A stretch of 64,000 nucleotides of DNA from Nitrososphaeraceae archaeon (GTDB lineage Archaea > Thermoproteota > Nitrososphaeria > Nitrososphaerales > Nitrososphaeraceae). Where the stretch lies: NCBI GenBank assembly GCA_035250975.1, contig DATFEP010000040.1:1-64000 (forward strand). The letters run 5' to 3'. This document shows, piece by piece, positions 30,697 to 39,834 of this stretch. Position numbers and translations under genes: made by a program. The notes under the pieces are model-generated. The model saw only the letters and a list, made by a program, of their open reading frames with translations. It was not told the DNA's origin and made no database searches. Numbering within the stretch: the stretch's first letter is position 1; each line of letters starts with the position of its first letter.

Positions 30697-31551
30697 ATGG
30701 AACTAGCTATTATTTATGATAAACTACGATTTGAAGAAAAAGCTCTCTACGATGATGCAGTAAAGAAAGGAGTTAATACTAGATTACTCGATGTAAAATC
30801 TGTTTCAATAAGTACTGAATTTAATGATAACCAATATTTTGGAGATATTTTTCTACAAAGATGTATCAGTCATTTTAGAGGACTTTATATCACTTCTTGT
30901 TTAGAGTTCTTGGGATATCCGGTAATAAACAAGTATGAAGTAAGCGAAATATGTGGAAATAAATTAAGAACATCCCTAATTTTAGCAAAATCCAATGTAG
31001 CTGCTCCAAAAACATATTTTTGCTTTAACTCAGATTCATTTAAACTTCTGATCGATAAGCTTGGTTATCCAATCGTCTTAAAGCCAATAGTGGGATCTTG
31101 GGGACGTGGTGTTTTTCCGGTAAGAAATGAAGAGATTGCAAATATGTTGATAGAAACACGGGAAGAAAACGATTCTCCATTTTCAAGAATATATTATGTT
31201 CAAGAAATGATAAAGAGACCGCCACGCGATATTCGATGTATCGTGGTAGGAGACCAAATCGTAACTGCAATATATCGTTATTCTGCAGATAATGAATGGA
31301 GAACAAATGTAGCCAGAGGAGGTCATACTGTCCTAGCTCCTTTAACGAATGAGCTTGAGGAGATTGTTCTAAATGCATCTAAAGCAGTTGGCGGGGGAAT
31401 TCTTGGTGTTGATATAATGGAAGATAAAACTCGAGGATTTGTAGTTCATGAAATTAATAGCACTGTCGAATTTCGTGGGGCCTCTCAGGTATCGCAATCT
31501 AATATTGCAGGTTACATGATTGATTATGTTCTTCAGTTTTCAAAAAAATAA
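30697..31551 (+). CDS. argX: ATP-grasp LysW ligase, probably glutamate-specific ArgX
   Basis: KPIVGSWGRG, WRTNVARG, HEINSTVEFRG (EF-x-G, ArgX-like); follows argG and lysW. Confidence 0.8.
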   Translation: MELAIIYDKLRFEEKALYDDAVKKGVNTRLLDVKSVSISTEFNDNQYFGDIFLQRCISHFRGLYITSCLEFLGYPVINKYEVSEICGNKLRTSLILAKSNVAAPKTYFCFNSDSFKLLIDKLGYPIVLKPIVGSWGRGVFPVRNEEIANMLIETREENDSPFSRIYYVQEMIKRPPRDIRCIVVGDQIVTAIYRYSADNEWRTNVARGGHTVLAPLTNELEEIVLNASKAVGGGILGVDIMEDKTRGFVVHEINSTVEFRGASQVSQSNIAGYMIDYVLQFSKK

Positions 31552-31657
31552 TTCTTACTAGAAGATATCCTAATTTTAATAATGATAGGGATTATCCTTT
31601 TACACATATAATAAAATTCATAAGATACAGCAATATTCTGATCTATAGTTTAACATA

Positions 31658-32710
31658 ATGAAGGTAGGAGTCATAGGAGCATCAGGATATGTTGGTGGCG
31701 AGTTAATTAGACTACTTGTAAGTCATCCAAAAGTGGAGCTTAATATGGTGACTTCTCGACAACAAGCCGGAGAATATGTACATAGAGTTCATCCAAGTCT
31801 TAAAGGATTCATTGATCTCACTTTTTCACCAATGGATATTAAAAAAGTTTTAGACTCATGTGATTTGGTCTTTGTATCAGTTCCACATGGAAGTGCAAAT
31901 CAAATAGTGAAAGATCTCTACGATAGTGATGTTAAAATTATAGACCTTTCTGCTGATTTTAGATTAAAAAATCCTAAAGATTATGTAAAGTGGTATGGAT
32001 GGGAGCATCCATATCCAGAACTTCTTTCCAAGTCTGTATACGGTGTCCCAGAATTTCATCGCGAGGAGATTAAAGCCGCAAAATTGGTTTCGTGTCCAGG
32101 ATGTATGGCAGTCACTTCTTTACTGGCACTTAAACCCTTAATAGAACATGATCTTATTGACACGAATCATATCGTTGTTGATAGTAAAATTGGATCTTCT
32201 GGGGCAGGAGCTCAAGCTAACGCAGGTACTCATCATGCCATGAGATACGGAGTGATTCGACCATATAAACCAGCAAAACATAGGCATACTGGTGAAATAA
32301 TACAAGAATTAAGTCTTATAGCAAAAAAAGAGATCAAGATTAGTATGAGTCCTCATGCCGTAAATCTTGTTCGAGGAATACTAACTACAAATCATACATT
32401 TCTCAACAAGCCCATTGGTGAGTTAGAGCTTTGGAAAGTTTATCGAGAGTTCTACAGTCATGAACCATTTATACGTCTCATAAAAGATAAGAAAGGACTT
32501 TACAAGTTCCCCGATCCGAAATTTTTGATAGGTTCAAACTTTTGTGATATCGGATTTGATATAGATGAAGATAATCAACGTGTTGTTGCACTGTCCGCTT
32601 CTGATAATTTAATGAAAGGTGCCGCAGGATCTGCAATCCAAAATATGAATGTCATGTTTGGATTTGATGAAATGGATGGTCTTAAATACACTCCTCTGAC
32701 TCCAGTATGA
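31658..32710 (+). CDS. lysY: LysW-aminoadipyl/glutamyl-phosphate reductase (LysY/ArgC)
   Basis: GASGYVGGEL, DLSADFR, CPGCM, DNLMKGAAGSAIQNMN. Confidence 0.93.
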   Translation: MKVGVIGASGYVGGELIRLLVSHPKVELNMVTSRQQAGEYVHRVHPSLKGFIDLTFSPMDIKKVLDSCDLVFVSVPHGSANQIVKDLYDSDVKIIDLSADFRLKNPKDYVKWYGWEHPYPELLSKSVYGVPEFHREEIKAAKLVSCPGCMAVTSLLALKPLIEHDLIDTNHIVVDSKIGSSGAGAQANAGTHHAMRYGVIRPYKPAKHRHTGEIIQELSLIAKKEIKISMSPHAVNLVRGILTTNHTFLNKPIGELELWKVYREFYSHEPFIRLIKDKKGLYKFPDPKFLIGSNFCDIGFDIDEDNQRVVALSASDNLMKGAAGSAIQNMNVMFGFDEMDGLKYTPLTPV

Positions 32711-33507
32711 TAGTTATCAAAATAGGTGGAAGTATAGTAGATGGATTACATCCTTCTACTATTTCTGACATCAAAACTCTGCTGGAAAAGGAGAAAATTG
32801 TTCTTGTACATGGCGGAGGAAAAGAAGTCACAAATATTGGAAATAAATTAGGTAAGGAACAAAAGTTTATAGTCTCTCCAGGAGGTGTGAGGAGCAGATT
32901 TACAGACAAAGAGACTGTAGAGATTTATACGATGGTGATGTCTGGTAAAATAAACAAAGCCATTGTCCAAATGTTATTGAATAGCAATATACGTGCAGTA
33001 GGTATTTCTGGAATTGATGGTGCAACCATAAAAGCAGAAAGAAAGAAAAAATTGGTTATTCTGAATGCAAAGGGTAGGAAGATGGCAATTGATGGAGGAT
33101 ATACTGGAAAAATAAAAAATGTAGATCCTGCTCTGATAATGATATTGTTGTCAAATGGTTTTGTTCCTATCATTTCTCCGATCGCTTTGAGTGAGGAAAC
33201 TGAATTTCTAAATGTAGATGGTGATAGGGCTGCGGCCTATGTTGCGGGCAGTCTGAGTGCAGATAAAGTTATTTTTATTACCAATGTAAATGGTTTAATT
33301 TTAGATGATGAGTTGGTGAAAAATATGAATTATAGCGAAGCTAAGGCATCATTGCCCAAAATTGGTCATGGAATGGAAAAGAAAGTTCTTGCTTGTACCG
33401 AAGCTATAGAAATGGGTGTAAAAGAAGCGATTATTGCATCAGGCAATGTAGAAAATCCTATATCTGCAGCTCTTTCTCATGCAAATTGTACGGTGATTAG
33501 CAAATGA
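32707..33507 (+). CDS. lysZ: LysW-aminoadipate/glutamate kinase (LysZ/ArgB)
   Basis: IKIGGS, VHGGG, VSPGGVRSRFTD, GGYTGKI, LNVDGDRAAA. Confidence 0.93.
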   Translation: MIVIKIGGSIVDGLHPSTISDIKTLLEKEKIVLVHGGGKEVTNIGNKLGKEQKFIVSPGGVRSRFTDKETVEIYTMVMSGKINKAIVQMLLNSNIRAVGISGIDGATIKAERKKKLVILNAKGRKMAIDGGYTGKIKNVDPALIMILLSNGFVPIISPIALSEETEFLNVDGDRAAAYVAGSLSADKVIFITNVNGLILDDELVKNMNYSEAKASLPKIGHGMEKKVLACTEAIEMGVKEAIIASGNVENPISAALSHANCTVISK

Positions 33508-34685
33508 ACGGCGAGGATCTTTATGTAGGAAACATCTACCAGAGGTTTCCTGTCAATATATCAAAGGGGAAAGGCGCAACAGTCTGGGATACATCTGGCA
33601 GAGAATATATTGATTGTATGGGAGGATATGGAGTTGCCTTGGTTGGGCATTGTAATGACAGGGTGGTACAGGCAATTAAGGATCAAATAGAAAATTTAAT
33701 AACTTGTCACATGTCCATATATAATGATACACGATTAAAATTTCTGCAAAAAATGTCAGAAATTTCTCCGAAACAACTTTCAAAGTTTTTCTTTAGTAAT
33801 AGCGGAGCAGAATCCGTAGAAGCAGCAATTAAATTTTCGAGAAAGTATACTGGAAAAAGTGGAATAATTTCTATGAATGGTGGATATCATGGAAAAACTT
33901 TCGGGGCTTTATCTGTAACATTCAATGAGAAATATAGAAAATCGTTTCAGCCCCTACTTGAAGGAGTAAAATTTGTTCCACCTCATACTCCATCAGTGAT
34001 CGAGGAGGTATTGGATGAAAGTATCGGAACGGTAATAGTTGAACCAATCCAGGGAGAAACCGGTATAATAGTCCCGGAAGATGGAATTTTACAAGAAATT
34101 AGAGAAATCTGTGACCGTAATAATCTAGTATTAATTTTTGATGAGATCCAAACTGGATTGGGTAGAACAGGAAAAATGTGGGCCGGACAAAATTGGAATA
34201 CTACTCCTGATATTATGTGTCTCGCCAAAGGTATTGCTGGTGGATTGCCTATGGGCTTGACTCTTTGTAAACCTGAAATTCTTGATTCCATAAAAATCGG
34301 CGAGCATTCATCAACCTTTGCTGGTAACCCACTTGCTTGTTCTGCAGGAATAGCTACAATTGATTCTATCGTGGAAGATAAGCTGCTAGAAAATGCTCTT
34401 CACATAGGAAGTTTATTTAAAAATGGATTATTAGAGCTACAAAAAAAACATAAAATAATTCGGGACGTAAGAGGATTAGGATTGATGCTTGCAGTAGAAT
34501 TACGCTTTGACGTAAGAGACGTCTTAATGGATGGAATAAAAGAAGGAGTTCTTATGTTATATTCAGGCAGAAATATAATTCGGTTACTTCCTCCTTTAGT
34601 GTTAGACGAAGTAAAGGTATTAAAAACCTTGGAAATCATGGATAAGATATTGACCAAAGAAGAGGTTAGAAGAAATGTTAAATAA
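33504..34685 (+). CDS. lysJ: LysW-semialdehyde aminotransferase, class III (LysJ/ArgD)
   Basis: NSGAESVEAA, EPIQGE, DEIQTGLGRTG, AKGIAGG, HSSTFAGNPL. Confidence 0.93.
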   Translation: MNGEDLYVGNIYQRFPVNISKGKGATVWDTSGREYIDCMGGYGVALVGHCNDRVVQAIKDQIENLITCHMSIYNDTRLKFLQKMSEISPKQLSKFFFSNSGAESVEAAIKFSRKYTGKSGIISMNGGYHGKTFGALSVTFNEKYRKSFQPLLEGVKFVPPHTPSVIEEVLDESIGTVIVEPIQGETGIIVPEDGILQEIREICDRNNLVLIFDEIQTGLGRTGKMWAGQNWNTTPDIMCLAKGIAGGLPMGLTLCKPEILDSIKIGEHSSTFAGNPLACSAGIATIDSIVEDKLLENALHIGSLFKNGLLELQKKHKIIRDVRGLGLMLAVELRFDVRDVLMDGIKEGVLMLYSGRNIIRLLPPLVLDEVKVLKTLEIMDKILTKEEVRRNVK

Positions 34686-35100
34686 TATTGATTCTTTTGA
34701 TGAACAAATTATTCGGATCCTACAAAATGATTCACGTAAATCATTTGTAGAAATAGCTACTTCTGTAGGACTTTCAGAATCTGCAGTAAGAAGAAGAGTT
34801 AAAAATTTAATAGAGAATCAAATAATAAAAAAATTTACTATTGAAGTAAATCAAAAGGAAGAGACAAGCGCAATAACTCTAATTTCAGTCGCTTCGACGT
34901 CAGATACTTCTACCGTCACCGCTAGATTGTTAAATCTGGAGGGAGTCAAAGTAGTATATGAGATAACTGGACAATATGATATTGCGGCAATAATAAGTGC
35001 TTCTACTATATCAGAAATCAATTCCTACATTGATGATGTAAGAAAAATTGTAGGCGTTTCTGATACCAATACAGTGATTATCCTAAAAACTCTAAAGTAA
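34675..35100 (+). CDS. lysM: Lrp/AsnC-family regulator LysM
   Basis: DSRKSFVEIA..VGLSESAVRRRV, YEITGQYDI; embedded in lys cluster. Confidence 0.85.
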   Translation: MLNNIDSFDEQIIRILQNDSRKSFVEIATSVGLSESAVRRRVKNLIENQIIKKFTIEVNQKEETSAITLISVASTSDTSTVTARLLNLEGVKVVYEITGQYDIAAIISASTISEINSYIDDVRKIVGVSDTNTVIILKTLK

Positions 35101-35215
35101 TTTTGTTTATATACAGAATCTTGGTTTCATCAACATAGAATGATTTCGTTTTTTTTTAAATAATTTCGTCATAAACATTTATATCATATACGAAAGATGT
35201 TTAAGTTGCATTACA

Positions 35216-36424
35216 ATGACACTAAAATCGGACGATCCTAACTATTATGCGCATTACTATAATAAAATAGATGAGGGACAAAAAAAAATAAAGGTTCTAG
35301 ATTCGACTCTAAGAGAAGGAGAACAACATCCTGGAGTATCTTTTACTAGCAAACAGCGGATTCAAATTGCATGGATGTTAGATTCTTTTGGAGTTGACCA
35401 AATAGAAATCAGCCCTGTTGTTTCTCAAGATCATTTTGAAGCAACCAAAATCATAATTAAACAAGGATTAAAAGCAGATATTGTTGCCCATGTTAGGGCA
35501 ATAAAATCTGATGTGGATACAGCAATTAAAACTAACGCTGCGTGGGTAGCGACATATATGGGAATTTCTGATATACATTTAAGTGCTAAATTAAAAATTT
35601 CTAGAGAAGAAGCAAAAATGAGAGCAATAGAAGTAGTCGAATATATAAAATCCCATGGATTAAAATCTCGATTTACAATGGAGGATGCGAGTAGAACTGA
35701 ACCCTCATTTCTATTAGAAATGTGCAAAGAAATCAATGGACTGGGCGTTGAAAGAATAAGTATCCCTGATACTGTTGGAATTATGCGACCAAATGGCATG
35801 TATAATTTGGTAAAAATGGTTTATGATAATATTGATAAATCCAAGAGCTCCCTTGATGTTCATTGTCACAATGATGTTGGATTGGCACTAGCAAATGCAT
35901 TGGCTGGATGTGAAGCTGGTGCAGATCAGATTCACACAACAATAGATGGATTTGGGGAAAGAACCGGAATACCTTCTCTCGCTGAAACTTCTATAGCTTT
36001 AAATCTCATTTACAAATCTAGCAATAATTTTAGGTTACATATGTTGAAAGATTTATCAAAAACAATATCTCAATATACAGGTCTCGAGATTCCAGAATCT
36101 ACACCGATCGTAGGTGATAGTGCTTATAAGCACAAAGCGGGAACACATCTTGCAGCCATTCTTCGAAATCCTTCTGCTTATGAGATAATTGAACCCAAAC
36201 TTGTGGGAAATAGAAGAAAAATCGTTTTTGGCGAGCTAGCAGGTAAAAACGGAGCAGCTTACCTTTTATCGTTATTGGGTCTTGAAACAAGCAAACATGA
36301 GGCTGAAACTCTTGCCCGTGGATTAAAGGAACTTAGAATGGGTGACGTTTTAGAATTGTTTCTGGATGAACGTCTAGAAAGAAAAATACTTAATGAAGGA
36401 TCGCCAAATGTGATAAAGGAGTAA
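35216..36424 (+). CDS. Homocitrate synthase (LeuA/DRE-TIM family, no regulatory domain)
   Basis: DSTLREGEQ, EDASR, PDTVG, HCHNDVGLALAN, HKAGTH; lysine-cluster context. Confidence 0.82.
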   Translation: MTLKSDDPNYYAHYYNKIDEGQKKIKVLDSTLREGEQHPGVSFTSKQRIQIAWMLDSFGVDQIEISPVVSQDHFEATKIIIKQGLKADIVAHVRAIKSDVDTAIKTNAAWVATYMGISDIHLSAKLKISREEAKMRAIEVVEYIKSHGLKSRFTMEDASRTEPSFLLEMCKEINGLGVERISIPDTVGIMRPNGMYNLVKMVYDNIDKSKSSLDVHCHNDVGLALANALAGCEAGADQIHTTIDGFGERTGIPSLAETSIALNLIYKSSNNFRLHMLKDLSKTISQYTGLEIPESTPIVGDSAYKHKAGTHLAAILRNPSAYEIIEPKLVGNRRKIVFGELAGKNGAAYLLSLLGLETSKHEAETLARGLKELRMGDVLELFLDERLERKILNEGSPNVIKE

Positions 36425-36430
36425 AAGAAT

Positions 36431-36598
36431 ATGGTCAAATGTAAAGAATGTGATGCAGAAATAAGAATCCCCGATGATTCAATTGAAGGTGAAATAGTTG
36501 CCTGTCCAGATTGTGGTTCAAGCTATGAACTAGTCAAGGGAGCAGATGGATTCAGTATTAAGCCATCTCAAGTAGTTGGCGAGGATTGGGGACAGTGA
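36431..36598 (+). CDS. lysW: Amino-group carrier protein LysW copy 2 (55 aa, variant EDWGQ end)
   Basis: Manual translation MVKCKECDAEIRIPDDSIEGEIVACPDCGSSYELVKGADGFSIKPSQVVGEDWGQ; last codons CAG TGA at 36593-36598. Confidence 0.93.
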   Translation: MVKCKECDAEIRIPDDSIEGEIVACPDCGSSYELVKGADGFSIKPSQVVGEDWGQ

Positions 36599-37455
36599 CT
36601 GAGAGAAAGAACAGAACCTCCCTCACTCTTCTTTATGATAATATACGCTGGGAAGAAAAAGCTATCTACGAGTCTGCTAGAAAAAGAGGAATTGACATAA
36701 CGAATGTTGATTGTAAAGATCTAATTTTGGAACTAGACGGTCCTAGCTATTCTAATAAAATAATTATACAAAGATGTGTTAGTTATTTCAAAAGTCTTCA
36801 TTCTACTGCTGCACTGGAAGGTTTGGGAGCTAGTGTTATTAATCCACTTAATACTTCTATTGTTTGTGGTAATAAATTATTTACACATATGAAATTGAAA
36901 AACGCTGGAATAAAAACTCCAAAAGTCATAACAACTTTTTCATATGAAGCCGCACTTTCTGCTCTTGATATTTTTGGATATCCGACCATAATTAAACCCA
37001 CAATTGGAAGTTGGGGAAGATTAATTGCGTTACTAAAAGACAAAGATGCAGCGAAGGCTGTAATTGAAGATAGACAACATATGTTTCCACTTTATCAAAT
37101 ATATTATTTTGAGGAATTTGTTGATAGACCGCCTAGGGATATAAGAGCAATAGTAATAGGCGATACAGTAGTGGCTGCTATATATCGTTATTCGGAAAAT
37201 AGCGAATGGAAAACCAATATGGCTTTAGGAGGCAGAGCAGAATCATGTCCAATTACAAAAGAGCTCGAAGATATTTGTATAAAATCTACACAAGCAGTAA
37301 ATGGAAAAATAGTTGGAGTAGATCTTATGGAAAGTTCACGAGATGGTTTATTGGTTCACGAAGTTAATAATACAACAGAGTTTAAAAATACTGTCAGAGT
37401 TACAGGAATACCAATTCAAGATATGATAGTAGATTACTCTTTGCAATACAACTAA
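36595..37455 (+). CDS. lysX: Alpha-aminoadipate--LysW ligase LysX
   Basis: KPTIGSWGRL, WKTNMALGG, HEVNNTTEFKN (EFKN, LysX-type); likely GTG start overlapping the lysW stop (GTGA). Confidence 0.88.
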   Translation: MTERKNRTSLTLLYDNIRWEEKAIYESARKRGIDITNVDCKDLILELDGPSYSNKIIIQRCVSYFKSLHSTAALEGLGASVINPLNTSIVCGNKLFTHMKLKNAGIKTPKVITTFSYEAALSALDIFGYPTIIKPTIGSWGRLIALLKDKDAAKAVIEDRQHMFPLYQIYYFEEFVDRPPRDIRAIVIGDTVVAAIYRYSENSEWKTNMALGGRAESCPITKELEDICIKSTQAVNGKIVGVDLMESSRDGLLVHEVNNTTEFKNTVRVTGIPIQDMIVDYSLQYN

Positions 37456-37469
37456 TATTATTATTAAAA

Positions 37470-38585
37470 TTGGTCTCACCTAATTATGCTGTGGAACTCT
37501 TAAAAAGATCAATAGAGCTCTATACACCCTCAAGATCTGAATCTCAATTAGCTAATATGCTTAAGGAAAAATGTATTGATGATCTGGGATTTGAACAGGC
37601 TCAGATAGATAGTGTAGGAAATGTTATAGCTACAAAGGGAACAGGATACCCTAGGATTCTACTTTGTGGACATATGGATACAGTTCCAAATAAAGTGCCT
37701 ATCAGAATAGAAGATGGTTTATTGTATGGTCGTGGTTCCTCAGATGCTAAAGCTCCTTTAATCGCCATGCTCTTAGCAGCTTCGGAATTTCCTAAACAAA
37801 ACGGAACAATTATTTTCGCAGGCGTAGTAGATGAAGAAGGAAGCGCTACTGGTAGCAAACAACTTGTTAAAAATAACATAGAGGTTGATTATGCAATTTT
37901 TGGTGAACCGAGTGGCATCGAGAACATAACGATATCGTATAAAGGTAGGTTAGCAATTAAACTAATATGCGACGTACTCCAAAGTGCTCATGCAAGTGCC
38001 CCTTGGCTAGCAAAAAATTCGATTGAAGAATCTTATGAGTTTTGGCAGGCCATAAAAAAGGAAATTAACAAAACAAACAATAGTGAAAAAAAAACTAGTT
38101 CAATAAGTTGCAGTCTGACGGAAATAACTGGAGGGTCGAGTCATAATGTTACTCCTCAAAAATGCAAGCTTACCATGGACATACGAATTCCTACTACAAA
38201 TACATGCCAACAAGTATTAGACATGATCGATAAAGTAATTTCTAATATTTCTAGGCAAAAAGGAATAAAATCCAATTATATAATCGAAGATTTTACAGAT
38301 CCATTTGAAGCAGATCATTCATCTCCTTTGGTAAGGTCTCTAGTTCTTGCAATACTGGATGTCTGTAAAAAACGACCGAATTTATTACGAAAAACTGGTA
38401 CTGGTGACATGAATATTATTGGTAATGCGCTTAAAATACCAGTAGTTACTTATGGACCGGGAGATCCTCATTCTTCCCATAGTGTAGACGAGCATGTTGA
38501 TATCCAAGAATATATTACCGGAATAGAGGTCTTTAAAAGATCGCTTTTTCATATGTCTAGGTTACACAATTATCAAAGAAAATAA
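37470..38585 (+). CDS. lysK: LysW-lysine/ornithine hydrolase (M20 family, LysK)
   Basis: GHMDTVP, GRGSSDAKAP, VDEEG, GEPS, KTGTGDMN, YGPGD...H..DEH. Confidence 0.9.
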   Translation: MVSPNYAVELLKRSIELYTPSRSESQLANMLKEKCIDDLGFEQAQIDSVGNVIATKGTGYPRILLCGHMDTVPNKVPIRIEDGLLYGRGSSDAKAPLIAMLLAASEFPKQNGTIIFAGVVDEEGSATGSKQLVKNNIEVDYAIFGEPSGIENITISYKGRLAIKLICDVLQSAHASAPWLAKNSIEESYEFWQAIKKEINKTNNSEKKTSSISCSLTEITGGSSHNVTPQKCKLTMDIRIPTTNTCQQVLDMIDKVISNISRQKGIKSNYIIEDFTDPFEADHSSPLVRSLVLAILDVCKKRPNLLRKTGTGDMNIIGNALKIPVVTYGPGDPHSSHSVDEHVDIQEYITGIEVFKRSLFHMSRLHNYQRK

Positions 38586-38639
38586 TCCAAACTACGATAC
38601 CCCAAAGATAATAAGACAATCTTATCTATTTTTAATAAC

Positions 38640-39737
38640 ATGTTATACTTTGTTGGAATAGGAATAGACGGTTGTAACAGTATAAGTTTAAACGCTATAG
38701 AAATTATGAAAGGTTGTCAGAAAATTTATATTGAAAGATTCACAAGTTACATAAGTAAAAAAGAAATAGAAAAACTAGCTCAACTTATAGACCCCGAGAA
38801 GAAAAAACAAATTAATTTAGTTCAACGTTGGTTTATTGAGGATGGAAAAGAGATACTTTCCAAATCTAAAAATGCAATTGTTGCAATAGTAACTTATGGT
38901 GACCCATTTATGGCAACAACATTGAATGAATTACTGATAAGAGCTAAAAGAAATTTAATTGAAACACGTATTATTCACGGTTCTTCTGGACTTTTTTCTT
39001 TCATCGGGGAAAGTGGCCTTCATAACTATAAATTCGGTCGTACTACTACAATAATGTCAGATCCTCAATCTGCAATAAGTGTCTATAATATTATTTATGA
39101 GAATCTAAAAGTAGGTAATCATACCTTGATATTAACTGAATATAACAATAATGATGATAGAGATTTTTTCTTTCTAAATCCTCAATTAGCTCTTGAAATG
39201 TTAGTGGAAGTTGAAAAAGATCTAAAATATGGAATTATATCAGAAGATACTTTTATTATAGTTGGATCAAGAATCGGAACTGATTCTCAAAAAATTCAAT
39301 CAGGAAAGATTCACTCTTTTGAGAATATGGATTTTGGTAAAGGACCTCATTCTATAATCATTCCTGGACACCTTCACTTTACTGAAATTGATTCTATAAC
39401 ATCACTTTATCAAAATTTTGACAATCCATCTGATAATACAAAACTATTCCAACACCTTGCCGTATCAATGGTTAACAGATATCTCCCAAAAGCTAAAGAA
39501 GCGCTAAAAACAATGAAGTCATTTCTAGATAAAGAAAATAGTATCTCCACTAATAACAATAAACCTGATAATAAGGGTATGTACAATGTACTAGAAAACG
39601 CTGAATATTACTTGCTTGATTCAGAGAGATTTCTTAACCAAAATAAATATGAATTAGCCGTCTTAAGCATTGGTTATGCAGAAGGATTAATAGATTCATT
39701 ACGATTTCAGAAAAATATCAATCCATGGTTATCTTAA
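38640..39737 (+). CDS. dph5: Diphthine synthase fused to a C-terminal DUF357-like domain
   Basis: LYFVGIG, GDPFMATT, YKFGRTTT, PHSIIIPG.LHFTE; C-terminal AEYYLLDSERFL...YAEGLIDSLR. Confidence 0.9.
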   Translation: MLYFVGIGIDGCNSISLNAIEIMKGCQKIYIERFTSYISKKEIEKLAQLIDPEKKKQINLVQRWFIEDGKEILSKSKNAIVAIVTYGDPFMATTLNELLIRAKRNLIETRIIHGSSGLFSFIGESGLHNYKFGRTTTIMSDPQSAISVYNIIYENLKVGNHTLILTEYNNNDDRDFFFLNPQLALEMLVEVEKDLKYGIISEDTFIIVGSRIGTDSQKIQSGKIHSFENMDFGKGPHSIIIPGHLHFTEIDSITSLYQNFDNPSDNTKLFQHLAVSMVNRYLPKAKEALKTMKSFLDKENSISTNNNKPDNKGMYNVLENAEYYLLDSERFLNQNKYELAVLSIGYAEGLIDSLRFQKNINPWLS

Positions 39738-39834
39738 TTTTATACCTCATTTTTTTAAAGATTTTTTTTATATTCTGATGATAAGAACTATTATTATAAT
39801 AGAAGGTGTTTATTTCTCTGGGTGAGTATTATTA

